A stretch of 64,000 bases of DNA from Lama guanicoe (lineage: Eukaryota): contig MU054122.1 in NCBI GenBank assembly GCA_013239625.1, positions 398,773 through 462,772 on the forward strand, written 5' to 3'. The notes under the pieces were generated by a model that saw only the letters and a program-made list of their open reading frames with translations, did no database searches and was not told the DNA's origin. Position 1 is the stretch's first letter. Each line of letters opens with the position of its first letter. This document shows positions 13,110 through 25,622 of this stretch, piece after piece. Made by a program: the position numbers and the translations under genes.

Positions 13110-16100
13110 CAATGCCCATGTCATCTCTGCAAGCCCGCATCTTCTCCCAAGCCTGCATCATCTCCCCAAGCCTGCATCTCCTCACTGAGCCTAGGCCATC
13201 TCCCGAAGCCCACGTCATCACCCCAAGCCCACTTCACCCTAAGCACACATCATCTCCTTAAACCTGCATCATCTCAGCAGGGCGCATCATCTCCCTAAGA
13301 CCACATCTCACCAAGCCCACATTACCTCCCAAATCCTGCATATCTTAAGAAGCCTACATCTCCCCAAGCAAACGTCCACTTCCAGAGGCCAAGTCATCTC
13401 CTGAGCCCACGTCATGTCCCTGAGCCAACATCATGTCTCAGAGCCCACATCTTGTCTGCAAGCCTGGAAAATGTCTGCGTGCCCGCGTCATCTGCCCCAG
13501 CAATTGAATTCTCTGAAATTTTACATCATCTAAAGTCCACACCATCTCCCAAGCCTGCAACATCTCAAAAAGCCCACATCATCTCCCCAAGCCCACATCT
13601 CCCAGGACCCCGACAACTCCCAGAGCCCATGTGATCTCACCAAACCCGCAGCATGTCCACAAGACCGTGTCATTGCCTCAAGCCTGAGTCATCTGCCACA
13701 ACCCGCATCATCTCTCCAAGCCCACAATATCTCCCCAAGCCCACATCATGTCCCCAAGGTGACATCATGTCCCAGAGGACAAATGATCTCCCCAGGCCAT
13801 GTCATCTCCCTAAGGCAGTGTCATGTCCCCAAGCCCGTGTCATCTCCGCGAGCCAGCATCATGTCCGTGATCCCAAATCATCTTCCTGAGCCCGCATCAA
13901 CTTCCAAGCTGGCATTATCTTCCCAAGAGCCCTGGAATCTCCCAAAGTCTGCGTTATCTCCCTGAGCACACAGCAAGTCTGCGAGACCACTACATCACCC
14001 TAAGCCCGAGTCATCTCCCACAACCTGCATCATCTCTCCAAGCCCACATCGCTCCAAGACCACATCTTCTCAAGACCACGTCATCTCCCGAAGCCCACAT
14101 CTCCCCAAGGCCACACTATTTCTGAAATCCCATATCATCTCCGAAGCCCACATCATCTCCCCAAGCCTGCAACCTCACCCCAGCCACATCTCCCCAAGCC
14201 CACATAATCTACCCAAGCCCGCATCATCTCCACAAGCCCACATCTCCCCAGGCCCACATCATGTTCCCAAGCCCACGTCATGTCTCCGAGCCTGCATTGT
14301 CTTCCTGAGGCAGCGTCATATCCCGGAGCCTGCGTCATCTCTCCAAGCCCACGTCATTTCCTTGAGCCCACGTCATCTCCCCGAGATCATATCTCCCCTA
14401 ACCCACATGATCTCTCCAAACCCGCATCATGTCCCCAGCCCACAACTTCCAAAGCCCACATCATCTCCCCAAGACAGTATCATCACCCCGGCCCACATCA
14501 TGTCCCCAGGCCGGGTCATCTCCCTGAGCCAGCATCATGTCCGCGATCCCAAATCATCTCCCTGAGGCCACATCTCCCCAAGCCAGTGTCATCTCCTCCA
14601 ACCCGTGTCATCTAACCAAGCCGACGTCGGCTCCTGGAGCCCGTGTCATCTCTCAAGCCCCCATCGTCTCTCAAAGCCTGCGTCATCTCCCCAAACTGGC
14701 GATATCTCCCAAGCCCACATTTCCCAAACCCACATCAAATCCCCAAGCCCGCATCATCTCCCGCAGCCCACATCCCCTGAAGCCCACAGCCTCTCCCCAA
14801 GCACACATCATCTCCCCAAGCTGGCATCATCTCCCAAGCCCACGTTATCTCCCCGAGACCCTGTCATCCTCCCAAAGCCCACATCATCTCCCTGAGCCTA
14901 CAGCGTGTCCATGAGACTGCTTCACCACCCCAAGCCCGAGTCACCTCTCACAGCCCACATCATCTCCCCGAGCCCACATCTCCCCAAGGCCACACTATTT
15001 CCAAAAGCCCATATCATCTCCAAAGCCCACGTCATCTTCCCAAGGCCATGTGATCTCCCCCAGCCGGAATCATCTCTCCAAAATGGCATCATCTCTCCAA
15101 GCCCACATCTCCCCAAGCCCGCAGTATCTCCCCAAGCCCACATGATTTCCAAAAACCCACATCATCTCCCCCAGCCTGCATCATGTTCAAAGCCCGCATC
15201 ATCTGCACAAGCCCACATCTCCCCAAGCCCACATCATGTCCCCAAGCCCACATCATGTCTCCGAGCCCCCATCCTCTTCCTGAGGCTTTGAGAGATGACG
15301 TGGGCCTGAGGAGATGTGGGCTTGGAACGATGTGGGCTTGGAGAGGTGATGTGTGCTCGGGAGATAATGTGGGCTTGTGGAGATGATGTGGGCTCGGGGA
15401 GATTGTGGCTCAGGGAAATTATGCAGGATCTGGGAGATATGTGGGCTCCGGGAGACGAAACGGGCCTGCGTAGATGATGCAGCCTCTGGGTGTTACACTG
15501 GCTTGGGGAAATGATGCGGGCTCAGGGAGATGACACGGGCTTTGGGAGATGAGGCGACTTCAGGAGATGATCCGAGCTTGGGAGATGATTCGGGCTTGTG
15601 GAAATGACATGGGCTTGGGGAGACGATGTGGGCTCAGGGAAATGTGGGCTTTGAGAGATGATGCGGGCTGTGGCAGATGACTCAGGCTTGGAGTGATGAC
15701 GCGGTCTCGCGGACATGCCGCAGGCTCGGTGAAAATAGGGGGGCTTGGGAGTTGACAGGGGCCTGGGGAGTTTTGGGCTTGGGGAAATGATGTAGGCTCA
15801 GGGAAATGTGGGCTTGGCTAGATGATGCGGGCTGTGGGAGATGACTCGGGCTTGGGCTGATGACGCAGTCTCGCGGACATGACGCTGGCTCAGGGAGATG
15901 GCACGGCCTGGGGAGATGATGATGTGGGCCGGGGAGATGATGCTGTCTTGGGGAGATGATGTGGGCATGGAAGATGTGGGCTTGGGGACATGATGTGGGT
16001 TTGGAGAGATCATGTGTGTTAGGTGAGATATGATCTCAGGGAGATGACGTGGGCTCAAGGAAATGACGCGAGTTTGGGGAGATGATGCGGGCTCATGGAT

Positions 16101-17165
16101 ATGACACAAGCTTGTGGAAATGATGCAGGCTCAGGGACATGATGCTTCCTTTGGAAGATGATACGGGCTTGGAAACATGATGTGGGCTTTTGGAAATGAT
16201 GTGGGCTTAGGGAGATACTGCGGGCTTGGAGAGATGATTCGGGTTGTGGCAGATGACTCAGGCTTGGGGTGGTGACGTGGTCTCGTGGACATGTCGTGGG
16301 CTTGGGGAGGTAACGTGGACTTTGGCAGTTTACGGGGTTCTTGGGGATGATGTGTGCTTGGGGAAATGATATGGGCTTGGGGTAATGATACGGGCTTTCA
16401 TAGATGACTCAGGCTTGGGGTGATGACGCAGTCTTGCGGACTTTCTGCGGGCTTGGTGAGATTATGGGGGCTTTGGATGTTGACAGAGTCCTGGGTAGAT
16501 CTGGGCTTGGGGAGATGATGCGGGCTTGGGGAGATGTAGGCTTGGAGACATGATGCCGTTTTGGAGAGATGATACCAGCTCAAGGAGATCACATGGCCTT
16601 GGGGAGATGACGTATGCTTTGGAGATGATATGGGCTTTTGGAAAAAACGTGGCCTTGGAGAGATGTGGGCTTGGGGAGATGGCATGGGCTTGGGAGATGA
16701 TGTGGGCTTGGGGAGATGATGTGGGCTTTAGGAGATGATGTGGGCCACGTCATCTCCCCAAGCCCACATCTCCCAGGCCCTCGTCAGTTCCCAATGTCCA
16801 TGTGATCTCACCAAGCCCGCCACATGTCCACCAGACCACGTCATTACCCCAAGCCGAGTAATCTGCCACAACCCACATCATCTCTCCAAGCCACATGTCT
16901 CAACAGTCACATCATCTCCCCGAGCTGACATCATCTCTCCAAGCCCACATCTCCCCAAGCCCGCATCATCTTCCAAGCCCACAGCATGTCCCCGAGCCTG
17001 GGTCAAGTCTCCAAGCTGGTGTCATCTCCACAAGCCCGTGACATCTGCCAGAGCCCGCGTTGTTTCCCCAAGCCCAGATCTCCCCAAGCCCACATCATCT
17101 CCCCGAGCCGGCATCATCTCTCCAAGCCCGCATCATCTCCCCAATCCCACATCATCTCTCTCCCG
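13110..17165. repeat. Interstitial satellite/minisatellite of diverged 16-mer (CATCTCCCCAAGCCCA) and 19-mer (CATCATCTCCCCAAGCCCA) units, with an internal inversion
   Basis: Continuous tandem units: C-rich on + at 13110-15286, G-rich at 15287-16744, C-rich again at 16745-17165. Confidence 0.95.
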
Positions 17166-18618
17166 GTCTTTTTGTGGTTTCTCTGAGAGGCATGTTACTA
17201 AATCTGACCCTCTCTTAGCCAATTAACTTCTCTGTTTTTCTGCTGTGGGCACTTTTATTTGTTTCTCTTCAACAGTTTTTTTTTTTTGACCACTTTGTGT
17301 GCTCAGTTAATTTTCCCACATGCACATAAAATAAAAGTTTGAAGGAGTTATTCAGATCATCAGAGCCAACACCATGTATTTTGTTTGAATTATTGGAGTA
17401 AGGCCAGCAGAGCCAGAATTTTCTTTTCTGCCTTATCCAAATAACAGCCTAATTACCCTTTCTAGTCTAGCTGTGAGAGCCCAGGCAGAAGGAAGTGAAA
17501 TGATTTTTCCCTGGTCCCAAAGCAAGTTATTAGCAGTGTGGACCCAGGCATCTCTACTGACGCCATGGGTGCCCATCAAATATTAGCCCATACGCCACTG
17601 GGTTGAAGGAGACATTTTCCCCTGCTCCTTCCTGAAAACAATTGCATATTGTAGCAGTTACCGATCACATTCCACCTTAGAATTACTGATCTTGCCCGAA
17701 TTATTTTAAATCTGTTCCCCCAAAATAGTTTAAATATGTACAAAAACATTAGGACTGGGACTTACATTTTCAGTGAAAATACTTTTAAAAATCAAAATAC
17801 TTTTACTCAGAGTTGTTTTTTTGTTTGTTTGTTTGTTTCTTTTTTAAGTAAGTCTAACTTATAAGAATTTGTCAGTCATCCAGGGGTAGAGATCTAGAAA
17901 TAGACCAGAGCCTCCGAAAAGTGTTTAGGTACTTACTTAAAAGCAGAGACGGTTAGAGAATTAAAATTTAATACAAGAGATCACAAAATCTAACATTACA
18001 GACTAAGGGTGAGTTGTCATTTTAAGAACACACCTTTTCATAGTCAGTCATCAAGTTCAAGCAGAACAGATCAGTAACTATCTTCCAACGTTTCCTCTAC
18101 CACACCGCTGAGGGAAGGAACCTTCCTCATGCCTTTTTCTCATAAGCTGATTTTTAATAAGGCACTCTGTCAGAATTTATGCTTCAATAGAGACACTGGA
18201 ATTACCTGAATTAATTTGAACCACACACAATAGTAAATGAGAGTTCTCTCGCACACTGTTTTTTTCCAAGAGTGACCAATTAACCTTATTGAATTGATTT
18301 TTGTGTTTCTAGATATTTATGAAATTTAAAAATTTCCTTTTTAGTAGTGCTTTTCATTTAAGGAAATATATAAAACCCAGCATTTTTCTGTTTGTAAGGC
18401 CAAGCTCTCTGAGGGCAGACATGGTGCCTCCCTTGGTCACCCTCTGTCCTGGGCACTCAGAACCACACTGTGACTTAAGTAGGTAACAGCAAATGTTTGC
18501 AGAATGAATGACTGACATGAGAGGATATATATAAAACACAGACTGAGTTCACGTGCAAAATTTGCATTATTATGATGTCTTCCAAGTATAAATAAATTTC
18601 ATACTCTCTTGAGCTTTT

Positions 18619-19280
18619 TTTTTAATTATTGAGGTATAGTCAGTTTACAATGTGGTGTCAGTTTCTGGTGTACAGCACAATTCTTCAGTCATACATGAAT
18701 ATACATATATTCATTTTCATATTCTTTTTCACCATAAGGTACTACAAGATATTGAATATATTTCCCTGTGCTATACAGTATACACTTGTTTATCTATTTT
18801 ATATATACCAGTCAGTGTCTGAAAATCTCAAACTTTCAGTTTATCCCTTCCCACCCTCCACCCCTCTGGCAACCACAAGTCTGTGTTCTATGTCTGTAAG
18901 TCTGTTTCTGTTTTATAATAAGTTCATTTGTCTTTTTTTTCAAGATTTCACATATAAGTGATATCATATAGTATTTTTCTTTCTCTTTCTGGCTTACTTC
19001 ACTTAGTATGACATCCTCCAGGGCCATCTATGTTGCTGCAAATGGCATTATTTTTATCATTTTTGTGGCTGAGTAGTATTCCATTATGTAAATATACCAC
19101 AACTTCTTTATCCAGTCATCTATCGATGGACATTTAGGCTGTTTCCATGTCTTAGCTATTGTATGTAGTGCTGCTATGAACATTGGGGTGCAGGTGTATT
19201 TTTGAGTTAGGGTTCCCTCTGGATATATGCCCAGGAGCGGGATTGCTGTATCATATGGTAAGTCTATTTTTAGTCTTTTG
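18619..19280 (-). mobile_element. 5'-truncated young L1 (ORF2 C-terminus + 3'UTR)
   Basis: ORF 19028-19321 ([36 protein letters not shown]) is the L1 ORF2p C-terminus; TSD TCTCT(TG/CA)AGCTTTT. Confidence 0.92.
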
Positions 19281-20267
19281 TCTCTCAAGCTTTTAAAAAA
19301 TGTTTGTGGCTTCTTGAACATGGAAATGGCAGATCTGTGGAATTCACTTGAGTGGCAAACACACAGAGCAAGATACTTTCTTCTGCGGCTACTGACAAGC
19401 TAGACTAGAATGCCATTTTTACTGGGGAAAAACAGAATCTATTTTAGAAGTGATGGCACCAATATGAGCAGCTTTCTTTTGGGAACAGGAGAGCCAGAAA
19501 GTATGAGATAGAAATTTGTTGATGAAGAGCCACTGTGATAAGAAATGGATGCACCGTTGAATCCACTCCCACCTGTGCCTTAGGGCTGAGTGTGAGAAGG
19601 CAGAAAAACAATTATTTTTATATAGAAACAAGAGGGCTTCATTATTACCATCCAAGAGTGGCCTTCACAATGGCTTGTGTCTGCTACCTTATCCTAAAAC
19701 CAAAGTGAGTCACATTACAATCAATTAAAGGCTCTATTCAGTGACACGAGCATGTTTTGTGTCAGGTTTGGGGGATGGAAGAAAGGTCAAAAACTGTTGA
19801 AAAAATTAGATGTCTTTTTCCTGAAAGTTCAATTCTCAGTCCTTTCTCCTCAACTGTGAATATCAGAAAACACCCACATACATGGAATAGCTCCATTGCT
19901 CCTTAACTGAATAACTCCTAAATTTGACCTTAATTTCACCTTTCCTATCATTAAGAGAAAATTCCTACTTCTGGAAGCCTACTGGATATTTCTACCTTGA
20001 TTTTCCACCAGTTTATCTGCTCCTCCCACCAGGCCAAGCCTCCTCCATGGCCTCCCCATTTCCTATCAGGACACTATCAAATCACTGGCAGGCCACTCGG
20101 ATTTGATTTCCCAGATTCATCTTAAACTTCTCCCTCTCCCTTCCCACCTCTTCAATTCCATCGCACAGTCACTGCCGTCCCTGTTACAGCATCATAAGGG
20201 GTCCCTTGACTTCACCTACTTCTACTTCTGATCTATCCCACATGCTATCTCAAATAGTTTTCCTTAA

Positions 20268-20945
20268 TGCAGTTTGGTGCAGCCATTGTGGAAAGCAGTA
20301 CGGAGATTCCTCAAAAGACTGAAAATAGACTGACCATATGATCCAGCAATCCCACTCCTGGGCATATATCCAGAGGGAACCTTAATTCAAAAAGACACCT
20401 GCACCCCAATGTTCATGGCAGCTCATTTACAATAGCCAAGACATGGAAACAACCTAAATGTCCATTGACAGATGACTGGATAAAGAAGCTGTGGTATATA
20501 TACAACGGAATACTACTCAGCCATAAAAGTGATAAAATAATGCCATTTGCAGCAACATAGATGGCCCTGGAGACTGTCATTCTAAGTGAAGTAAGCCAAA
20601 AAGAGAAAGAAAAATACCGTATATCACTCATATGCTGAATCTAAACAAACAAACAAAAAAAGACAAATGAACTTAAATATAAAACAGAAACAGTCTCACA
20701 GATATAGAAAACAAACTTACGGTTACCAGGGAAAGGGAGTGGGAGGGATAAATTGGCAGTTCAAGATTTACAAATACTGACTGATATATATAAAATAGAC
20801 AAACAACAAATTTTTACTGTATAGCATGGGGAACTATATTCAATATCTTGTAGTAACCTATAATGAAAAAGAATATGTAAATGAATATATATATGTATAT
20901 GTATGACTGAAACACTATGCTGTACACCAGAAACTGACACAATAA
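20268..20945 (+). mobile_element. 5'-truncated young L1 (ORF2 C-terminus + 3'UTR)
   Basis: TTGGTGCAGCCATTGTGGAAAGCAG..CCATATGATCCAGCAATCCCACTCCTGGGCATATATCC; same family as 18619-19280. Confidence 0.92.
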
Positions 20946-21829
20946 TTTTTAAAAAGATTATATGAGTTAATATATGTTAAGCATTTAGAACAGCACCAAG
21001 GACTTAGTACATATTTTATCAGTGTTTCTGGTTATGACCCACCTCATAACCTAACAGGTGGGACCACTCACCATTTCCCAAACATGTCTTCTCTTTTATA
21101 ATTCCCAATGTTTTGGATATTTTTGAAGTATAAACACAAAGCTTTTCTGTGGAATCTGGAGAAGCAGATAGAGCGCTGTGTTAGTATTGTGCCATTTACC
21201 ATTATTTCACAGATGATATGAGAATTGGGATGACTTTTTTTTCCCCCTTCAACTTCACTTTTTCTGCTGTACTTGATGCACTGCAAGATCTTAAAGATTG
21301 GCCACTCATGGAGACAAATTACACCTGAGGAAATTAGTCCAGGTGCAGCCAATTAATTGTGGAGCCAGAAACTCCCCGATGGAGTGAGACTGAACGTCCC
21401 CACCGTGTGCTCTACATTTGGCTTCTTTTTCTCATATAATTGATCTGCACTTTTCTTAAAAGAAAAATGCCCCTGTATGGTTTGGTACTTGCCTTGAATT
21501 TTTTTTTTTATCCAAAGATGATGCACTTTCCTTATGGAAGAGCAGGCAGAACCAGAAAGAAGATCGTGCTCTCTTTGGTGTCCAGTTCTTACCTTTAGGA
21601 TGCTTATCAGTAGCAGATCCCCCTTCAGGTGGTCCCTTCATCCTTCAACCCAGCTCAGATCAATGCATCTTCCACCATGCTCTCTGAAATGTTCAATGCC
21701 GTGTTCTTTGAAGGGCAAGACTCTTGCTGGACCAGCCCATTCTAATGTATTCTTGAAGGAAACAAAAGAAACACTTCAGGAGCGGTCTATGCTGGGCACC
21801 TGTCTCCTTTTGCCTAGTGATCTTTTTGT

Positions 21830-23075
21830 TTATCATTCCCACTCTTATTCCTCCAACATCCCTCCCCTGAAACCTTTCTAGTAACTCTGATGAATGTTCT
21901 CTTGTCTGTGCTTATTCTTATAAAATGATATTTTGGTTTTGTGTGTATTTCATAAAGTCTTACATAAATGGTATTGGGCTACAGATATCATTCTTTCACA
22001 ATTTAGTTACTCAGCACTATGTCTTAAAGACATCCACATTGCTGTCTGTCTTTTCAGTGCATTGCTTCTGCCTTCTGCCCTGTACCATGCAACTTCCCAT
22101 ACAGAACATTACACCTGTGCTCTACCCCAGAAATAGACACCGAGATTACCTCCAACCCCCACCAATGATGCTATGATGAACCTCTTTGTACAGGTTCCAC
22201 TGTGGGCCTGTGCTTGAATCCCTTTGAGAAATGCCAAGGAAGAGAGTTTCTGAATCTTAGGTTATATACATATTTAATTTGATCATTTCCCGCCAGAATA
22301 CTCTCCAAGACGGCCACACCAATCTATACTCCCATCAGCCAGGCATGAGGGCGCCTAGAACTCCATAGCCCTATCATTCTACCTAGCTGGTGTGTGGGAA
22401 GTGATATTTCACTATCATTTTAATTTGCATTTCTGATGAAGAAGGCATTAGGGAACTAAATGGTGCTACCTAACCTTTGGAGTTTGCCTTTCTGTAAATT
22501 GGCTGTTCATATTCTTGACCCATTTTTCATGTTGCGGTTCCTACCTTCTTCTGGTTAATCTGCAGACATCCCCACTTCCTTCTATAGTCTAGGTTTTCAC
22601 CCCGTGTCAGTTTTAAGGACTGTTAAATAATTTCACCATATCTACCACGTCTAAATTTGACCATGGCGTCTTTCATTGAATGGAAATCCTGGGGTGAAAG
22701 AAAGAGATCTCTCTCTATCTGGGGTGGGGGTGGAGAAAAAGAGATCACTTCTTAACCCAGGGCAGGGTGGCTGAACAGAGAAAGGAATGGTGCCCTAATT
22801 CAGGGCCGGTGGGGAAATAAAGAGAGACTGGGGTCCCTCCCTACCCTGAGAGGAGAGAGAAAGAGATTCCTTGAGTGGAAATCCTTAGTTTTGCTTTATG
22901 GTATATGCTTGTGAAGGTGTAAGGAGTCCTTTTGATTCCCATGTTAAGAAGATATTCTCCTACATGATCTTCTATTGCATTTTAATGCATATTTTTCACT
23001 TCATATCAATTTCACACTTTCATTGCATACTTTTGTTTAGGTCTTTAATCCATCTGGATTCCACCTTTGCATGTG
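21830..23075 (-). mobile_element. Ancient L1 ORF2 3' remnant
   Basis: Antisense L1 motifs TTTTAATTTGCATTTCT, TTTAGGTCTTTAATCCATCTGGA and CACCAATCTATACTCCCATCAGC. Confidence 0.7.
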
Positions 23076-25199
23076 GTAGTAGATTGGTGGCACAGAACTG
23101 AAGACAGTGCCAGAGTGTGTCTGGCACTCTTTGTCTATTTTTATGAATTCCTTACTGCTGTAGGGATTTCACTTTGCCCTGATATTACCTCAGAGGCCCT
23201 GGCACTAGAGATGTGGGCTGTCACAGTGGACTTCTGTACTTAAGGATCTATCAATGATTGATCCAAGGCCACGTAAGAAAGAAGCAAGAACGGAACATAG
23301 AAGTTTTTCTCTGACCTGTCCTCTCACCACACCTGAAGTTTTCCATCTCAAACTAACCCTGTTCCCTCCAACCGACCCTCTTACCTTGACCCCAACCACA
23401 CACATAGGAGTTTGCCACACATTAACTGACCCTGGAAAATTCCTACCATTTTTGTTAGTTTCTTAAATCCGTGCTATCTTCTCACTTCTAGTTTCTCTAA
23501 GGTTGATTTGAAGAGAGAAAGCCAGCAACTCATCCTTGTTCGCTATCCTAATGAGAAGCCAAAATTAGATGCAGGAATTTTTCAATGGCCTTATGGAGAT
23601 GGTAGCATATTAATAGAAAAATGTATCCACCTGGAAGGAAGGGAAGAGACTTTAACTAGATCCTGAAAAGGAAGATAAATTAAACCAAGGGGGACCTGGC
23701 TGGAGCAGTCTATTCATACCCTACATGTGGCTACCAGTTACATCAGTGAGGCTACTTCTGAGTAAAGACATGATGTAAAGGAGAGCGACATTTTGGAATT
23801 CCCTAGAGGGTCACCTTACCAGGCTTCACCTTGACTTGTTCTGATGGTGGAAAGAGAAGTGAAATAAAGCTTTCTTTTCCATCATCCATCAGTAGATCTC
23901 GGAAGCACATTGCACATTAAACAACTGAAATAAGATGGTCCTGGGTGTGTTCTGGTTTGTTTTTCCTGAAGTCTACATGGATTGTCCATTATCTAAATAG
24001 GGGCTTGTCTTAGGGATTTTAGGGAGGTCATCATTTAGGTTGCCTTTTTACGTGTTAAAGTGCAGGATGAATTAATGCCTACATAACTCAGTGCTGCTGA
24101 GTCAACAGGACTTTGACTGAACCCAAGAACCATTTAGCAATCACAGCCTCTGGCCATTGTCTTAGCTCAATGCCCAAGAGAAACTCTCTGGGACTACATG
24201 AAACTGACGAATGTCAGGACTGAGAGTAAAAGTTCTAAAATCTTGCGTGAGAAATTTGATGGGTCTGTGTTTGTTCTCCAGCCTTCTCTAAAGAAAAAGT
24301 GGAGCTATTCAGTCTTTTAAAATAAACATTATAAAATCCCAAATCCAAACCACAGAAAGGCCATTCTAAAGAGCTAAAATCTGGAAAATATCAACACAGG
24401 GTAACATTATTGGCAGTCAAACTGGATTGATTCAGGAAGAACGCTTTCACACACTACCTTTATTATCTGCTTCTCAGACTTCATTCTTTATCATATCATC
24501 TGCCCCTAGAGACAGCTTTGCCCATTAGTATTAATTAAATGTGGATGTTAACATGTAGAAAGATTTATAACTTCCTTGTCCTGACAGCTGTGCTGTAGCT
24601 GAAATGCATCAGAGAGGATGGATGACCCAGTCTTCCACACATGAATTATGACCCACTTCTCCAAATTGGCCAGAGCATTTTAAAAGTATTTTGGGGAACT
24701 TGCCAACCAAGTCTTTTCCATCCTTCCTCCTTACCCCCAATCTAACTGCTGCCGCCATCATAAAAGGACCACCACTATAGGAAGCAGGGTGTAAAACTGA
24801 GGGCCAGGTTTAAAAGAGGGGGAAAGGTGAGAAGTAAAGATGGAGTATTCAAGTGCCAAGTTACAAAGTTGGCAAAGAAAAATAGTTTGGCCTAGAACCT
24901 CCCCTATTTGAACCACAATCAATATTGGCAAATAGAACAATATATTTTCACATCATCTATCTATACAGATTTAACATGGGTCAGAAACAAAAATTCTTGC
25001 CCTATCAGAACAGAAAATAGAGAGAACACTTTTGAAAATGACAGTCATTTCTAATAAGGACATTTCATATAATTTTAAAATCCATATTTTCAAAAAACAT
25101 TTTTAAAGTATCCATAGTATGATGTGTCAGAATCCCATAACAATTTTTAACCCTGATTTTACATATTTAACTTACATATAAATCAGAGGATCTATATTA

Positions 25200-25622
25200 A
25201 CATGACTTCACTATCCCCTGGTGTTTATAATTTTATTAGCATAACTTTACTATTCCAGGATGCTATTACCTGGGAATGTCTTGACTGATCATTACAGAAA
25301 ACTCCCAAAAGACCCACTGAGGCTTCCCTAAGAAGCATCAACATTTGTTTATACTTCCCTGAGACTCTAAATTCCTTGCCTGAAATTTCTTGCTTCCTGT
25401 TTCCACCAATCTTAAACTGTTAAATCAGAGTCTTAATCAAGCTTTGACTTTGAGAGACCCACCTTGAATCAAGTTTCAGATTCTTCATAAAATCTGACTT
25501 GCCTTTCTCCCTTGAGACCCTATAAGAACTCTGCTGAGATGGTGTTCCCCTTTGCTGTGGTAAATAGTAAACTTTGTCTTATCAACAGGTTGTGTAGTAC
25601 CCTATTTAGGGAGCCTTCAACA
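25200..25622 (+). mobile_element. MER31/MER67-like ERV1 LTR remnant
   Basis: 3' end AGTAAACTTTGTCTTATCAACAGGTTGTG..CAACA resembles MER31/67 termini. Confidence 0.45.

Noticed and set aside
13110..17165. CRISPR array, telomeric fusion site or immunoglobulin switch region
   Set aside because: No unique spacers and the context is eukaryotic; no TTAGGG arrays; GGGCT is present but GAGCT arrays and Ig constant exons are absent.
13035..17226. Many Pro/Ser/His-rich ORFs (up to 163 aa) resembling mucin- or extensin-like proteins
   Set aside because: They are translations of a 16/19-mer satellite whose units are not multiples of 3; they occur in all frames and on both strands with frequent stops.
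21071..21683. Possible minus-strand exons (donor-like GTGAGT near 21070 and AG|GTAAGA near 21592)
   Set aside because: Weak acceptors and no recognisable protein; cannot be supported without transcript data.
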